Shown: positions 1 through 10,885, numbered from the stretch's first letter. The stretch: DNA of 39,583 nucleotides from Elusimicrobiota bacterium (GCA_036574205.1 JAINCQ010000011.1:1-39583); one strand, 5' to 3'. Numbers and translations are program-made. Notes: generated by a model from the letters alone, not told the origin.

Positions 1-143
1 TTCTCCCCATATTCCTCATAAAACCTTATTATCTTTATCCTCTTCTTTGCTACCTCGCTTTCGCTTAAGTTCTTAAGGCTATATAGCATATTATATGCCC
101 TCCTATAGCCTTTTATTCTACGAAATATAAAGAAATTTTGCAT
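1..143 (-). CDS. 5' part of probable transposase (IS481/integrase-core type), runs off the left window edge
   Basis: Not in the ORF track. Manual translation from ATG 143 gives MQNFFIFRRIKGYRRAYNMLYSLKNLSESEVAKKRIKIIRFYEEYGE, open to the edge. It resembles the 'EVAKxRxKIIxFYxxYG' N-terminal HTH region I recall from IS481-like transposases. Alternative ATG at 89 with AGGAGG at 99-104. Confidence 0.65.
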   Translation of the reverse strand, partial: MQNFFIFRRIKGYRRAYNMLYSLKNLSESEVAKKRIKIIRFYEEYGE

Positions 144-191
144 AACAAAAACATCAACCCTTAATGTCGCATATGTATCGTAACTTTTCCA
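1..191 (-). mobile_element. Left end of a probable insertion sequence; putative terminal inverted repeat at 165-191
   Basis: Minus strand 5'-TGGAAAAGTTACGATACATATGCGACA lies 21 nt upstream of the transposase-like ATG and starts with TG like IS481/IS3-type ends. The partner IR is outside the window. Confidence 0.5.
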
Positions 192-388
192 ATTATAAAA
201 TCTAAAACTAATATTAATCGAATTATCAATGGATTTCATAATAAAAAGACAATTCTTATTTTCAGTTATTTATTTTTAAAAATGGATTTAATAGACAAAG
301 ATTTAAAATTTAAAATTGACATAACTTTTTTGTTTTTTATAGAATGGTAATAAGTCAATCTCGTTTTCTTATTTTAGGAGGATGGAAT

Positions 389-1948
389 ATGAAAATTGGA
401 ATACCACGTGAAATAGCGGAAGGTGAACAAAGAGTGGCAGCCGCTCCTGAAACTGTGAAAGAGCTAATAAAATCAGGAATAGAATTTATTGTTGAATCAA
501 AAGCTGGAGTAAAAGCAAATTTTTCTGATGATGAGTATAAAAATGCTGGAGCAGAAATAGCATCTGACGCAAAAACTGTATGGACTAATTCGGATATTAT
601 CATAAAAGTTCAACCGCCAATGATTAATCCAGAACTTGGGATTAATGAAATAGATATGTTTAAAAAAGGCGGGGTTCTTATTTCCTTTATATACCCTGCT
701 CGTAACAAAGAACTTTTAAATAAATTTGCCCAAAGCAAAGCCACAGTTATTGCTATGGATATGGTGCCAAGGATATCCAGAGCTCAAAAAATGGATGCTC
801 TAAGCTCAATGGCGAATGTGGCAGGATATAGAGCGGTGATAGAAGCGGCAAATATATTTGGAAGATTTTTTACTGGACAGATAACAGCCGCTGGCAAAAT
901 TCCGCCGGCAAAAGTTCTGGTCATAGGCGCAGGCGTTGCCGGACTTGCAGCAATAGGCGTAGCTAAAGGTCTTGGCGCAATTGTAAGAGCTTTTGACACA
1001 AGGCCTGAGGTAAAGGATCAGGTTAAAAGCATGGGCGCAGAGTTTCTGGAAGTGGATATAAAGGAAGATGGTACCGGGGTTGGTGGTTACGCTAAAGTGA
1101 TGAGTCCTGAGTTTATAAAAGCCGAAATGGAATTATTCAAAAAGCAGGCTGCTGAGGTTGATATAATAATAACCACAGCCCTTGTTCCCGGAACGAAAGC
1201 GCCAATCCTTCTGACCAAAGAGCATGTTTATGCAATGAAGCCGGGTTCTGTAATAGTGGATATGGCTGCTGAACAGGGTGGGAACTGTGAATTAACACAA
1301 CCTAAAAAAATAACGGAGATAAATGGTGTTAAAATAATAGGATATACCGATCTTCCTTCAAGAATGCCAAATTTAGCATCGAGCCTTTATAGCGCCAACA
1401 TATCTCACCTTTTAAAACATATGCAAATAGAAAAAGGAATTAATATAAATATGGAAGACGAGATAATCAGGGGCGCGCTTGTAACTCATAATGGAGAAAT
1501 AACATATCCTCCTCCAAAGCCAAAAACAGATCCTTCAGCTGTGGTAAAAGCTCAGATAAAACCTGTTGAAAAGCCAAAAGAAGAACCTATAAGCAAAACA
1601 AAAAAAACTGGTATTTTGCGTAATACTATATTAGCTATAATCTCATTAGCGCTACTTTTAATTATAGGTCTTATGGCTCCAAAAGAATTTTTGCCACATT
1701 TCACTGTCTTTGTTCTGGCTGTATTTGTTGGATATATGGTTATATGGAATGTAACTCCTTCTCTACATACCCCGCTTATGAGTGTTACCAATGCTATAAG
1801 CGGAATAATAATAATAGGAGCAATGCTTCAAATATCAGCTAACGACTGGACATCATGGGTGGCGGCGGGGGCAGCGCTTCTTGCTTCAATAAACATATTT
1901 GGCGGATTTCTGGTAACACAGAGAATGCTTAAAATGTTTAAGAAATAA
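389..1948 (+). CDS. pntA: NAD(P)+ transhydrogenase alpha subunit (unsplit, with C-terminal TM domain)
   Basis: MKIGIPRE start with AGGAGG upstream; motifs [26 protein letters not shown] and [14 protein letters not shown]. Confidence 0.97.
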   Translation: MKIGIPREIAEGEQRVAAAPETVKELIKSGIEFIVESKAGVKANFSDDEYKNAGAEIASDAKTVWTNSDIIIKVQPPMINPELGINEIDMFKKGGVLISFIYPARNKELLNKFAQSKATVIAMDMVPRISRAQKMDALSSMANVAGYRAVIEAANIFGRFFTGQITAAGKIPPAKVLVIGAGVAGLAAIGVAKGLGAIVRAFDTRPEVKDQVKSMGAEFLEVDIKEDGTGVGGYAKVMSPEFIKAEMELFKKQAAEVDIIITTALVPGTKAPILLTKEHVYAMKPGSVIVDMAAEQGGNCELTQPKKITEINGVKIIGYTDLPSRMPNLASSLYSANISHLLKHMQIEKGININMEDEIIRGALVTHNGEITYPPPKPKTDPSAVVKAQIKPVEKPKEEPISKTKKTGILRNTILAIISLALLLIIGLMAPKEFLPHFTVFVLAVFVGYMVIWNVTPSLHTPLMSVTNAISGIIIIGAMLQISANDWTSWVAAGAALLASINIFGGFLVTQRMLKMFKK

Positions 1949-1968
1949 AAAAATTAAAAGGAGAAAGT

Positions 1969-3381
1969 ATGGAAAATATTATCGCGCAAAATGGAATGCT
2001 TACAGTATCATATATTGCGGCAAGCGTTCTTTTTATTTTAAGCCTTGGAGGACTTTCCCATCCTGAAACGGCTAGAAGAGGAAACATCTTCGGGATGATA
2101 GGAATGGCGATAGCAATTATCGCAACGCTTTTCCATCCAAAAATGACAACAGGCGGATATGCCCCGTTTTTCTCAATGATTATAATAGGCGCTATCATAG
2201 GTTCAATAGTGGCATCAAAAATAGCAATGACGGCAATGCCGCAACTTGTAGCAGGATTTCATAGTTTTGTAGGTCTTGCGGCAGTCCTTGTTGGGATAAA
2301 CAGCTATATAGAAAGCGCCCATCTTGTTGGAGCGACAAGAACAATACATGAAACAGAGGTTTTTCTTGGAGTTTTTATAGGCGCTATAACTTTTACCGGC
2401 TCTGTTGTAGCTTTTGGAAAATTACAGGGAATTATAACCTCTAAACCCCTTCTTCTTCCAGCCAGACACATAATTAATTTGATAATGGTTATTATAACCA
2501 TATACTGCGGGTGGATTTTCTTCGGGGTAGATGATATAATGGGTAAAGGGATGCCAGCGCTTCTGTTTATGACATTAATAGCTTTTATTTTAGGATGGCA
2601 TCTTGTTATGGCTATAGGCGGAGCCGATATGCCAGTAGTAATATCAATGCTTAACAGCTACTCTGGCTGGGCAGCTTCAGCCACCGGTTTTTTGCTTGAA
2701 AACGATTTATTAATAATAACCGGCGCTTTAGTTGGTTCAAGCGGCGCAATACTTAGTTATATCATGTGCAGGGGAATGAACAGATCTCTTATAAATGTAA
2801 TATTTGGAGGTTTTGGAACAAGAGAAGGCAAATCATCGTCAGCAGTTTCTCAAGGCGGAAACGTTGTTTCAGTTTCAGCGGAAGAAGTTGCGAAAATGCT
2901 TCTTGATTCAAAAAATGTGATAATCGTGCCGGGATATGGAATGGCTGTAGCTCATGCCCAGCACGCTATTTACGGAATAACCGATAAACTAAGATCAAGG
3001 GGAGTCAATGTAAGATTTGCGATACACCCTGTTGCTGGAAGAATGCCGGGGCATATGAATGTTCTGCTTGCGGAAGCAAATGTGCCCTATGATATAGTTT
3101 TTGAAATGGAAGAAATAAACAATGATTTTCCAGAAACAGACGTTGTCTTAATAATAGGCGCAAATGATATAGTAAATCCTCAAGCGCTTGAAGATCCTTC
3201 AAGCCCGATATATGGTATGCCTGTTCTTGAGGTATGGAAAGCAAAAACTGCAGTTATGATGAAACGCAGTATGGCAGCTGGATATGCCGGAGTGGACAAT
3301 CCTTTGTTTTATAAAGAAAATACACGAATGCTATTTGGAGATGCAAAAAAAACAGCAGAAGCGATACTTTCAAACCTTTAA
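1969..3381 (+). CDS. pntB: NAD(P)+ transhydrogenase beta subunit
   Basis: Motifs [41 protein letters not shown] and [12 protein letters not shown]; follows pntA. Confidence 0.97.
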   Translation: MENIIAQNGMLTVSYIAASVLFILSLGGLSHPETARRGNIFGMIGMAIAIIATLFHPKMTTGGYAPFFSMIIIGAIIGSIVASKIAMTAMPQLVAGFHSFVGLAAVLVGINSYIESAHLVGATRTIHETEVFLGVFIGAITFTGSVVAFGKLQGIITSKPLLLPARHIINLIMVIITIYCGWIFFGVDDIMGKGMPALLFMTLIAFILGWHLVMAIGGADMPVVISMLNSYSGWAASATGFLLENDLLIITGALVGSSGAILSYIMCRGMNRSLINVIFGGFGTREGKSSSAVSQGGNVVSVSAEEVAKMLLDSKNVIIVPGYGMAVAHAQHAIYGITDKLRSRGVNVRFAIHPVAGRMPGHMNVLLAEANVPYDIVFEMEEINNDFPETDVVLIIGANDIVNPQALEDPSSPIYGMPVLEVWKAKTAVMMKRSMAAGYAGVDNPLFYKENTRMLFGDAKKTAEAILSNL

Positions 3382-3395
3382 AAATGAATTGATAA

Positions 3396-4502
3396 CTATA
3401 AACTTATTTTGCCAAGAACTACTTTTTTGCTTGCACCGGTTACAAGTATGCAGTTTGAGGGAATTTTTAAAAATCTTGCCGCCCCAAGCAAAGCAAAAGC
3501 TGCTGCTTCTTTTGATAAAGGATGAATACCATATTTATCGATGCTTTCAATCTCAATTCCTTTGACAAGATCTTTAATATTTTCAAAAAGAGTTTTATTA
3601 TAAACTCCCCCACCACTTATTATAAGCTTTCTTATTTTCTCATTTATAAAATTCTCAATAGAGTAAGATATTGATTTTGCTGTAAAGTAATTAAGTGTAG
3701 CAAGAATATCTTCTATTCTTTCTTTCTTAAAATTAAAATTTTTAAGGACAAACTCTTTTCCAAACTCTTCCCTATCAAGAGACTTAGGCGGTCTTAAATA
3801 AAAAAATTTATTCTTCATAAATCCTTCAATCTTTTTAAAATCAACTCTGCCCTTAGCTGCAATTTCACCATTTTTATCGTATCTTTTTTTGCCATCTGTA
3901 TATAATGAAATGGCCCAATCCATTAAACTATTGCCGGGACCGGTATCAAAGCCATATGTTTTTATGTCTTTTCCAACAACAGATATATTGCTTATTCCTC
4001 CAATATTTAAAAGCCCGACTCCAAAAGGGCTTTTCCCAAATAAAAACTCATCAAAAAAAGGAACAAGCGGGGCTCCTTCTCCACCAAAAATTATATCTCC
4101 AACTCTAAAATCATAAACAACAGGTATATTTAACTTTCTTGATAAAAACTCAACTTCGCCTATTTGAAATGTTTGCTTTTTGGCGGAAGAATGGTAAACT
4201 GTCTGTCCATGACTTGCTATTAAATCAATATTTGAAGATTTGATATTAAACTCTTTCAAAAATCTTTTCAGCATATCAAGCCATAAACTTCCAAGCTTAT
4301 AATGTAAATCAACTACCTCACTTAATGTTAGATTCCTTGCATTTATTATTTGTTCAGTAAGTTTTTTTTCATAATTATATGTTTTATAACACATAACATC
4401 AAGTTTTCTTTTATTAAAATTTATTTTGCAATAGGCAAGGCTAAGACCATCTGCGCTGGTTCCAGACATAACTCCTATTGCTTTTATCTCATCTGTTTTC
4501 AT
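3396..4502 (-). CDS. anmK: Anhydro-N-acetylmuramic acid kinase
   Basis: Motifs GVMSGTSADG, SHGQT, GGEGAPLVP, LNIGGISN, FDTGPGN and PPKSLDRE; start placed at ATG 4502. Confidence 0.95.
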   Translation of the reverse strand: MKTDEIKAIGVMSGTSADGLSLAYCKINFNKRKLDVMCYKTYNYEKKLTEQIINARNLTLSEVVDLHYKLGSLWLDMLKRFLKEFNIKSSNIDLIASHGQTVYHSSAKKQTFQIGEVEFLSRKLNIPVVYDFRVGDIIFGGEGAPLVPFFDEFLFGKSPFGVGLLNIGGISNISVVGKDIKTYGFDTGPGNSLMDWAISLYTDGKKRYDKNGEIAAKGRVDFKKIEGFMKNKFFYLRPPKSLDREEFGKEFVLKNFNFKKERIEDILATLNYFTAKSISYSIENFINEKIRKLIISGGGVYNKTLFENIKDLVKGIEIESIDKYGIHPLSKEAAAFALLGAARFLKIPSNCILVTGASKKVVLGKISL

Positions 4503-5049
4503 AAAGCCCCCTGAGATACATAACCTCAACCATAAAATAGCAGATATTCAAAGCGTTTCTAATGCAAGAATATACAAGCATATGAATGTTTTTGATAAAA
4601 TTAAAACCTTTATTATTCAATCTATAAAAAAAGAATATCTCTGAGATTTCAACCTTCATTTTCTTCATAATGGAGAAGGAAAACAAAATATAAAATTTCA
4701 TAAATCTAAATCCTTTTTTTTCAAAAAACATATAAATATCCTTCAATCTTATGAGATCGTTTATTAGATTGACAAAAACATTAAAAATATAAAGATGAAA
4801 AAACATTTTAAAGTTTTTCAAAAAACTGAGTCTATCAAACCTCAATATTGAAAAATCAAAAGATAAAATAAAGAAAAAAATAAATGGAAAAATCCAGAAT
4901 CTCAAGCCCCCGCTGAACCTTAAAGATTTTCGAGAAACAGAAAAAACTATTATAATTATTAGAAAAAGAGACAGGAAAGAAACATATAGATTAAGGTTTA
5001 AAGATGAAAGCAAAAAAAGAAACAATAAACCGAAACTAATGAATCTCAT
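4489..5049 (-). CDS. Membrane protein, possible divergent ECF transporter T component
   Basis: Hydrophobic N-terminal half, amphipathic C-terminal half ending ..MYLRG (compare the ARG motif of EcfT); sits next to the dual ATPase and the S-like protein. Confidence 0.5.
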   Translation of the reverse strand: MRFISFGLLFLFLLSSLNLNLYVSFLSLFLIIIIVFSVSRKSLRFSGGLRFWIFPFIFFFILSFDFSILRFDRLSFLKNFKMFFHLYIFNVFVNLINDLIRLKDIYMFFEKKGFRFMKFYILFSFSIMKKMKVEISEIFFFYRLNNKGFNFIKNIHMLVYSCIRNALNICYFMVEVMYLRGLYENR

Positions 5050-5623
5050 TTTTAAGCCATCCTATTAATTTTATTGAAACAAATGAAGAAAAAAATCCTA
5101 TTAAAAAATGAGCAAACAGCCAGATTAAAAAAACATAAATATAAATTTCCTTTGAAAAGCCAAAAATTTTTGATATATTAGCCATAGCGTTTAAATAAAC
5201 CTCAAAAATTCCCCCTCCATACATAATCCAGGTTGTTATAAAAAAATGAGGAACTCCCTCCAGAACGCAAAGCAATGAAGAAAAAATTATTGAAAACTTA
5301 TTAAAATTAAAAACTCCAAAAATGACTTCTATTATAACCGCCTCAATAAATATTCCAACAATAGGTCCAAGCTTAAACCCCCCATAAGATAAAAGTTTTA
5401 TCGAAATAGCCACAATAGCGGCATAAAGATTAACCCCTTTATAATTTACATAAGATCTTAAAACACACATAAACACGCAACCAAAACCCGACATAAAAGC
5501 GCCTCTTAAGGGAAGATTCAATATATGCAGATAACTTCCTATAAGCATCTCAAAAACTCCCCATAAAACTCCAAAAACTCCAGAAAAAACAAAAAATTTT
5601 ACTTTATCTATATCATTTTTCAT
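5036..5623 (-). CDS. Integral membrane protein, possible ECF-type S component
   Basis: 195 aa with about 5-6 TM segments and a GVLWGVFE motif; 4-bp overlap with the ATPase. Confidence 0.55.
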   Translation of the reverse strand: MKNDIDKVKFFVFSGVFGVLWGVFEMLIGSYLHILNLPLRGAFMSGFGCVFMCVLRSYVNYKGVNLYAAIVAISIKLLSYGGFKLGPIVGIFIEAVIIEVIFGVFNFNKFSIIFSSLLCVLEGVPHFFITTWIMYGGGIFEVYLNAMANISKIFGFSKEIYIYVFLIWLFAHFLIGFFSSFVSIKLIGWLKNEIH

Positions 5624-6873
5624 AATTCTATTATATCACAATCAACTAAATCCAGAATATCTTTTCTATGTGTAAAAAAAATAACACTTCCACCTTCTTC
5701 TATATAATCTTTTAAAATTTCAAAAATAGCTTTTTCACTTTCATAATCAAAACTTATAAAAGGTTCATCTACCAAAATTATTTTCTTGTTTTTTAAAATT
5801 GCATATGCAATTAAAAATTTTTGTTTTTCTCCATAACTTAAATGAGATATAAAATAGTCCTTTTTTTCTAAAAGACAAAGTTTTTTTAAAATACTGTTGG
5901 CTTTTTCACAAAAATTTTCAAATATATTGGATATTCTCCTTGAAATTATCTGAGTGTCGGGGTTGGCAAAGACAGGATAAACATTTTCTAATAGGAATCT
6001 AGAATCCGCATGTTTTTCTTCAATATAAAGATACCCTTTAAAATCCCTGACGATCCCTGAAAGTATTTTAGCAAGTGTTGTTTTTCCGCTTCCGTTAATG
6101 CCATATACCACCTTCATATCAAATTTCTTAATTTCAAAATCAACTTTGTTTTTTATAAAATTATGGGTCAAAGAACTTATTTTTAAAATGATATCCTTTC
6201 TGTCGTGATTGGCAGAAATTAATTTTTTTCTTTGATATGTGATTTTTGGAATTTTCTCTATTTTGCCGCCAGATATATTGAAAAAACCGTCTACAATATC
6301 AGATATCTCCAAAAATCTATGTCCAAAAAGTAAGATTACATTTTCTTTTTTTAGTTCAGATATTAAATCTCTGAAATAAGCTATATTTAACTCGTCCAGA
6401 AAAGCAATCGGTTCATCCATAATTATTAAATTATCCCTATCTTTAAAACTTAAAGAAACAGCAATTGAGTATATCTGCTTTTGCCCATAAGAAAGAAAAT
6501 CGCTTCTAATATCCTTAATTTTTTCAAGATTCCATCTCTTAAAAAATTCGAGAGGATCCTTAAAAATAAAATCTTTATTGAGTGAAAGAAATGAAATCTC
6601 ATCCACCAGAGTCTCATAAAAAAGACTGGCATCATTATTTTGTAAAACAACATAAGGCTTAAAATTTTCTTTCCCATTTAGAGAAATCCTTCCTTCTATC
6701 TTACCCTGATACAAAAGCTCAGCCATTCTGGTAATAATCCTTACAAGAGTGGTTTTTCCACTTCCATTAGGTCCGGTTATAACATATAAACCCTTTTCCA
6801 AAGAGAGATTTAAGTCTTTAAATATAAAATCTTTTTTATTATACGAAAAACTTAAATTTTTTATTTCAAGCAT
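5620..6873 (-). CDS. Dual-domain ABC/ECF-type ATP-binding protein
   Basis: Two Walker A (GPNGSGKT, GINGSGKT), two signatures (LSYGQKQ, LSYGEKQ) and two Walker B (MDEP, VDEP). Confidence 0.85.
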   Translation of the reverse strand: MLEIKNLSFSYNKKDFIFKDLNLSLEKGLYVITGPNGSGKTTLVRIITRMAELLYQGKIEGRISLNGKENFKPYVVLQNNDASLFYETLVDEISFLSLNKDFIFKDPLEFFKRWNLEKIKDIRSDFLSYGQKQIYSIAVSLSFKDRDNLIIMDEPIAFLDELNIAYFRDLISELKKENVILLFGHRFLEISDIVDGFFNISGGKIEKIPKITYQRKKLISANHDRKDIILKISSLTHNFIKNKVDFEIKKFDMKVVYGINGSGKTTLAKILSGIVRDFKGYLYIEEKHADSRFLLENVYPVFANPDTQIISRRISNIFENFCEKANSILKKLCLLEKKDYFISHLSYGEKQKFLIAYAILKNKKIILVDEPFISFDYESEKAIFEILKDYIEEGGSVIFFTHRKDILDLVDCDIIEL

Positions 6874-7313
6874 ATATTATTTAACGAATTAATCACTTTA
6901 TAGTTTTTAATCTTAAAAAACTCAATAAAACTTTCAACCAGAAAATCTCTAACTACAAAAATGCTTTTTTTGTCTTTTTTAATTAAATATTTAATTGTCT
7001 TATAAAATCCTTTTTTTGAAAGTTCTAACAGACCCGCTTCATCAATTATATAAAACTCAAAATTATATTTTTTAATAATATAAAACGCAAAATCAAAAAC
7101 CTTCTGATAATAATAAATTTTTTTATTCTCCACCTCAACAATTTTATTAATTTTCTTGCCGTTAAAATATAAATCATAAATCCTCTTATTGTTTTTAAAT
7201 CTCTTTACAGATAAAAAAGAACATACATTATATCTATTAATTATTTTTTTTTCTAAATCAAAAAGCTTAGTTGTTTTTCCAGTATTAATTTTAGAGGAGT
7301 AGATATAAAACAT
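6861..7313 (-). CDS. Small P-loop NTPase (THEP1/NTPase_1-like)
   Basis: N-terminal NTGKTT and IIDEAGLLE motifs, VVR near the C-terminus; start placed at ATG 7313. Confidence 0.7.
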   Translation of the reverse strand: MFYIYSSKINTGKTTKLFDLEKKIINRYNVCSFLSVKRFKNNKRIYDLYFNGKKINKIVEVENKKIYYYQKVFDFAFYIIKKYNFEFYIIDEAGLLELSKKGFYKTIKYLIKKDKKSIFVVRDFLVESFIEFFKIKNYKVINSLNNICLK

Positions 7314-7317
7314 ATAA

Positions 7318-7797
7318 CTATGGAATTTGTATGCGATAATCAATTAACTTATTTTCAGAATAATAAAAGGAGGCATAAAAGAACTTTTTTTCAAAAACAT
7401 ATTTTAAAAACAGATAATCTCCTTCCCATAAATTAAGTTCACTTATTTTATCAATATCAATCCATTCTAAAATTCCTTCTTTTGAATCTATCAAATTTCC
7501 ATGAAAGCTTTCAACTAAAAAAACAAAAACGAGCCAGTTATTTTTACCATCAAAATCAGGGAAATTTATAATCCCCGACAACAATGGATCTTTTATCTCA
7601 ATCCCGGCTTCTTCTCTAACCTCCCTTGCCACGCATTCATATGGTGTTTCCCCTTTTTCCATTTTTCCACCAAGCCCATTATATTTGCCACGATGCATAT
7701 CATTTTCTTTTTTTATTCTATGGAGCATTAAAACCTTTCCATCTTTCACCACATAACATAAAGTTGCAAGGATGTTATTAGAATAGGAGTTATTCAT
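7318..7797 (-). CDS. Nudix hydrolase, MutT/MutX-like 8-oxo-dGTP diphosphatase
   Basis: Nudix box GGKMEKGETPYECVAREVREEAG; ATLCY and LWEGD motifs typical of the MutX/MTH1 group. Confidence 0.9.
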   Translation of the reverse strand: MNNSYSNNILATLCYVVKDGKVLMLHRIKKENDMHRGKYNGLGGKMEKGETPYECVAREVREEAGIEIKDPLLSGIINFPDFDGKNNWLVFVFLVESFHGNLIDSKEGILEWIDIDKISELNLWEGDYLFLKYVFEKKFFYASFYYSENKLIDYRIQIP

Positions 7798-7932
7798 ATT
7801 TTTTCAAATAACTGGATTATATGTTTTGGCATAATAAGCATTACCAGCTATATTAATTTTGAGATCTTAATATTTCTCATATAGATATTTTATCAAAATA
7901 ATTTATTTAGTATAATTTTTAAAGGAGGAAAG

Positions 7933-8766
7933 ATGGGATTTAGCAAAATTTATGAATTTAAGGGCGCAGATGACGGCATTTTATCAATAACAAGAAAAGA
8001 TAATTCTTTATATATCGCGGGAGAAGATAACATAATAAGAATTTTTAGTTTATTTAATTACAAAGAAATAAAAGCAATTAAAGCTCATTCCAGAGATATT
8101 TTATCTTTAAAACTTTCAAAGGATAACAAATATCTTTTTTCTTCATCAAGGGATGGAATAATAAAACAGTGGGATTTAGATCTAAACTTAATAAAAGAAT
8201 ATCCCCCGCACAACTCAGATGTAAACATAATTGATTTTATCGATGAAAACACTTTTATATCAGCGTCTGATGATGCTACCATAAGAATATGGAAAACAGG
8301 GAAAGACTCCTATAAAGAAATAAAACCTAATATTGGAGATATAAATGGAATAAAGGTGACAAACAACTACATATTTGCAGGTGGTTCAAAACTGATAATA
8401 TATTCAAAAGATTTTAAAGAAATAAAATCAGATGACAATTATATATATGGAATAAACCTTATAAAACAAAATGGAAATGATATATTTATCTCAACACATA
8501 TGGAGAAATACCTTGAAATATGGAGTGAAGAAACTCTTGAAAAGAAAAAAAGGATAAAGATGACAAGCTGGATAAATGACATTCTATTCTTTAAAGATAA
8601 AATTATAATAGCAAATTCAAATATAATATCAATATATGATAAAGATTTTAATCTTATTGAACAAAATGATTTTCTCTCAGATGAGGTATATGCTCTTGAA
8701 TCTTATGAAAATAAGATTATAACAGCATCAAATGATTCTTATATAAGAATCTGGGAAATAAAATAA
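7933..8766 (+). CDS. WD40-repeat beta-propeller protein
   Basis: Repeats such as SSSRDGIIKQWD, SASDDATIRIWK and TASNDSYIRIWE; strong SD AAAGGAGG. Confidence 0.9.
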   Translation: MGFSKIYEFKGADDGILSITRKDNSLYIAGEDNIIRIFSLFNYKEIKAIKAHSRDILSLKLSKDNKYLFSSSRDGIIKQWDLDLNLIKEYPPHNSDVNIIDFIDENTFISASDDATIRIWKTGKDSYKEIKPNIGDINGIKVTNNYIFAGGSKLIIYSKDFKEIKSDDNYIYGINLIKQNGNDIFISTHMEKYLEIWSEETLEKKKRIKMTSWINDILFFKDKIIIANSNIISIYDKDFNLIEQNDFLSDEVYALESYENKIITASNDSYIRIWEIK

Positions 8767-8813
8767 TCATGAGTATAAAGTTTTAGTATCTTTATCAAAG
8801 TAAGAAAAAGATC

Positions 8814-9884
8814 CTATTTGATATACTTTTTAATTTCGTTTATAAATTCTATGGCAATCACACTCCATTTATAATATTCATAATCAAATTGTGGATTTAA
8901 AAATTTTTTATTATAAATTTCTTTCAGTTTATTTGCCGCATCATCAATATAAGGGTATGCTATATATTGAGTTTTATCTGTTTTTTCATATTCATCATTT
9001 TTAGTCTTATCAAGATAATATTTGACAAAAAATGAATTTTTATCATTCAAAAAGTCAGACTGCCCCCCATAATTTAAAGCTACATTCCAGAGTCCGCAAG
9101 CAATGGCCTCTAAAGGACATAAACCAAAAGATTCAGCTTTTGAAAGTGAAAAATAAACATCATTTTCCCTATATAACTCTCCCATATCCCTTTCATCTAA
9201 AACCTTATCTATAATAACAAGTCTTTTCCCAATCTTTATTTTATAATCTTCAATTATTTTAAGAACATCATCTTCAAAAATTTTTGGAGCTTTATTTAGA
9301 TAAGAAAGTTTCACCGTAAGCGTTGCATCATAAGGCAGTGATGCTTTATAAAAGCTTTCAAGGGCAAACAATAGCCCCTCCCTTTTATGAGGTGAAGATA
9401 TTGTTAAAAAGTTTTTTATTTTTCCAGATTCTTTTTTTCGAGGATAATAATAATTCGGGTTAAAACCATATCTTAAAATTCTCACTTTTTCCTTAATAAC
9501 CCCGGATCTAATAAAAATATTATATGTAAATTTAGAAGGGACAAAAACAAGATCAAGATGTTTATTTATATTATCAACCCATAACTGAGGAAGCTCGCTA
9601 AACTCATATACCAAAAAACCAACCTTTAACCTTGAATCTGGCAAAAGAAAATAATTTTTAGGATGCTCAAAAGTAAAAACAACCTCAAGATTTTTCTCAT
9701 TATAATGAGAAGGGATTTCTTTTAATAACTTAAAATTTTTATCATATAAAAAACCTTTTCTTTCTATAACCCCCACATCAACCCCTATATCCATTAAAGC
9801 ATATAAAATTTCTCTTGCAACCTTTGCCCAGCTTGAAATGCTTTTTAATACCCCAAAATATGTTATCTTAATATTATATGACAT
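8814..9884 (-). CDS. Glycosyltransferase, GT-B fold (family 4-like)
   Basis: VFVPSKF, HKREG and the ESFGLCPLEAIACG (ExFGxxxxE) motif. Confidence 0.85.
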   Translation of the reverse strand: MSYNIKITYFGVLKSISSWAKVAREILYALMDIGVDVGVIERKGFLYDKNFKLLKEIPSHYNEKNLEVVFTFEHPKNYFLLPDSRLKVGFLVYEFSELPQLWVDNINKHLDLVFVPSKFTYNIFIRSGVIKEKVRILRYGFNPNYYYPRKKESGKIKNFLTISSPHKREGLLFALESFYKASLPYDATLTVKLSYLNKAPKIFEDDVLKIIEDYKIKIGKRLVIIDKVLDERDMGELYRENDVYFSLSKAESFGLCPLEAIACGLWNVALNYGGQSDFLNDKNSFFVKYYLDKTKNDEYEKTDKTQYIAYPYIDDAANKLKEIYNKKFLNPQFDYEYYKWSVIAIEFINEIKKYIK

Positions 9885-10885
9885 ACCTTCCAAAAAGAGT
9901 TATAATTGAAACGGAATATACCTGCAACCTAAAATGTAAAACATGCATACTCTGGCAAGATAATTATAGAAAAATTAGAAGCCAAACCAAAACTTTAAAA
10001 ATAGAAGAACTTAAATATATACATCAAAAACTTAAAGAAAATGAAGTGGAAAGAATAACCTATATTGGTGGAGAGCCATTTTTAAAAAGCTACATAATCA
10101 AGGCTTTTGAAGACGCAAAAGAAAAGAAACTTAAAACCTCAGTTGTAACCAATGCAACTCTTTTAAATGAAAATATAATTAATAAAATCTTAAAAGAGGA
10201 ACTTCTTGAAACAATAATTTTCTCGATAGATGGAGACAGAGAAACTCATAATCAAATAAGAGGAGATACTACTTTTCAAAAAGCTTACAACAATGCCTTA
10301 ATCTTAAGCAGGTTAAAAAGAAAACTAAAAAAACGATTTCCAAAATTTTTTATATATACAACCATATCTAAATTAAACTATAGAAATATTGAAACAGCTA
10401 TAAAAGAACTTATAAAACTAAACCCAAATAAAATAAGGCTTCAACTTATAAGTTCAATAGATGAAAAAATAATAAATATTACAAATCAGGTTTTAGGCTT
10501 TAAAGCGATAAAAACACACTCTTACATAAATGAATTATTTTTAGATGACTCAGAACTCAAATGGCTTAAAAATAGCATTAAAACACTGCCAGAGTCAGGA
10601 CCCAAAATAGAAATAGAAAAATTACTAATCGCAAAAAATGAAAGATGCCAGTTTATAGAAAAAGAATTTATAATAACCCCAGATGGCAGGATTTTAATAT
10701 GTCCAATGTTAAATGAGTTTTATATAGGTAATATATATCAAGAAAGTTTAACTGATATTTTTACAAAAAATATTGATAAAATAGAGACTATTAAAAATCT
10801 TGCTAATTCAAAAAAACTTCCAGTATGTTATCAATGCTGCGTTGAAAAAATATCATTCGATTCAACTCCTTCCAACTTTTCTTAA
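9878..10885 (+). CDS. Radical SAM protein with SPASM/Twitch domain
   Basis: CNLKCKTC and GGEP; C-terminal C..ITPDG..ICP..GNI..CYQCC. Confidence 0.92.
   Translation: MTYLPKRVIIETEYTCNLKCKTCILWQDNYRKIRSQTKTLKIEELKYIHQKLKENEVERITYIGGEPFLKSYIIKAFEDAKEKKLKTSVVTNATLLNENIINKILKEELLETIIFSIDGDRETHNQIRGDTTFQKAYNNALILSRLKRKLKKRFPKFFIYTTISKLNYRNIETAIKELIKLNPNKIRLQLISSIDEKIINITNQVLGFKAIKTHSYINELFLDDSELKWLKNSIKTLPESGPKIEIEKLLIAKNERCQFIEKEFIITPDGRILICPMLNEFYIGNIYQESLTDIFTKNIDKIETIKNLANSKKLPVCYQCCVEKISFDSTPSNFS

Noticed and set aside
7921..7935. Identical 15-mer AAAGGAGGAAAGATG before the WD40 gene and before queF (19544-19558, minus)
   Set aside because: Explained by a consensus SD, an A-rich spacer and the ATG.
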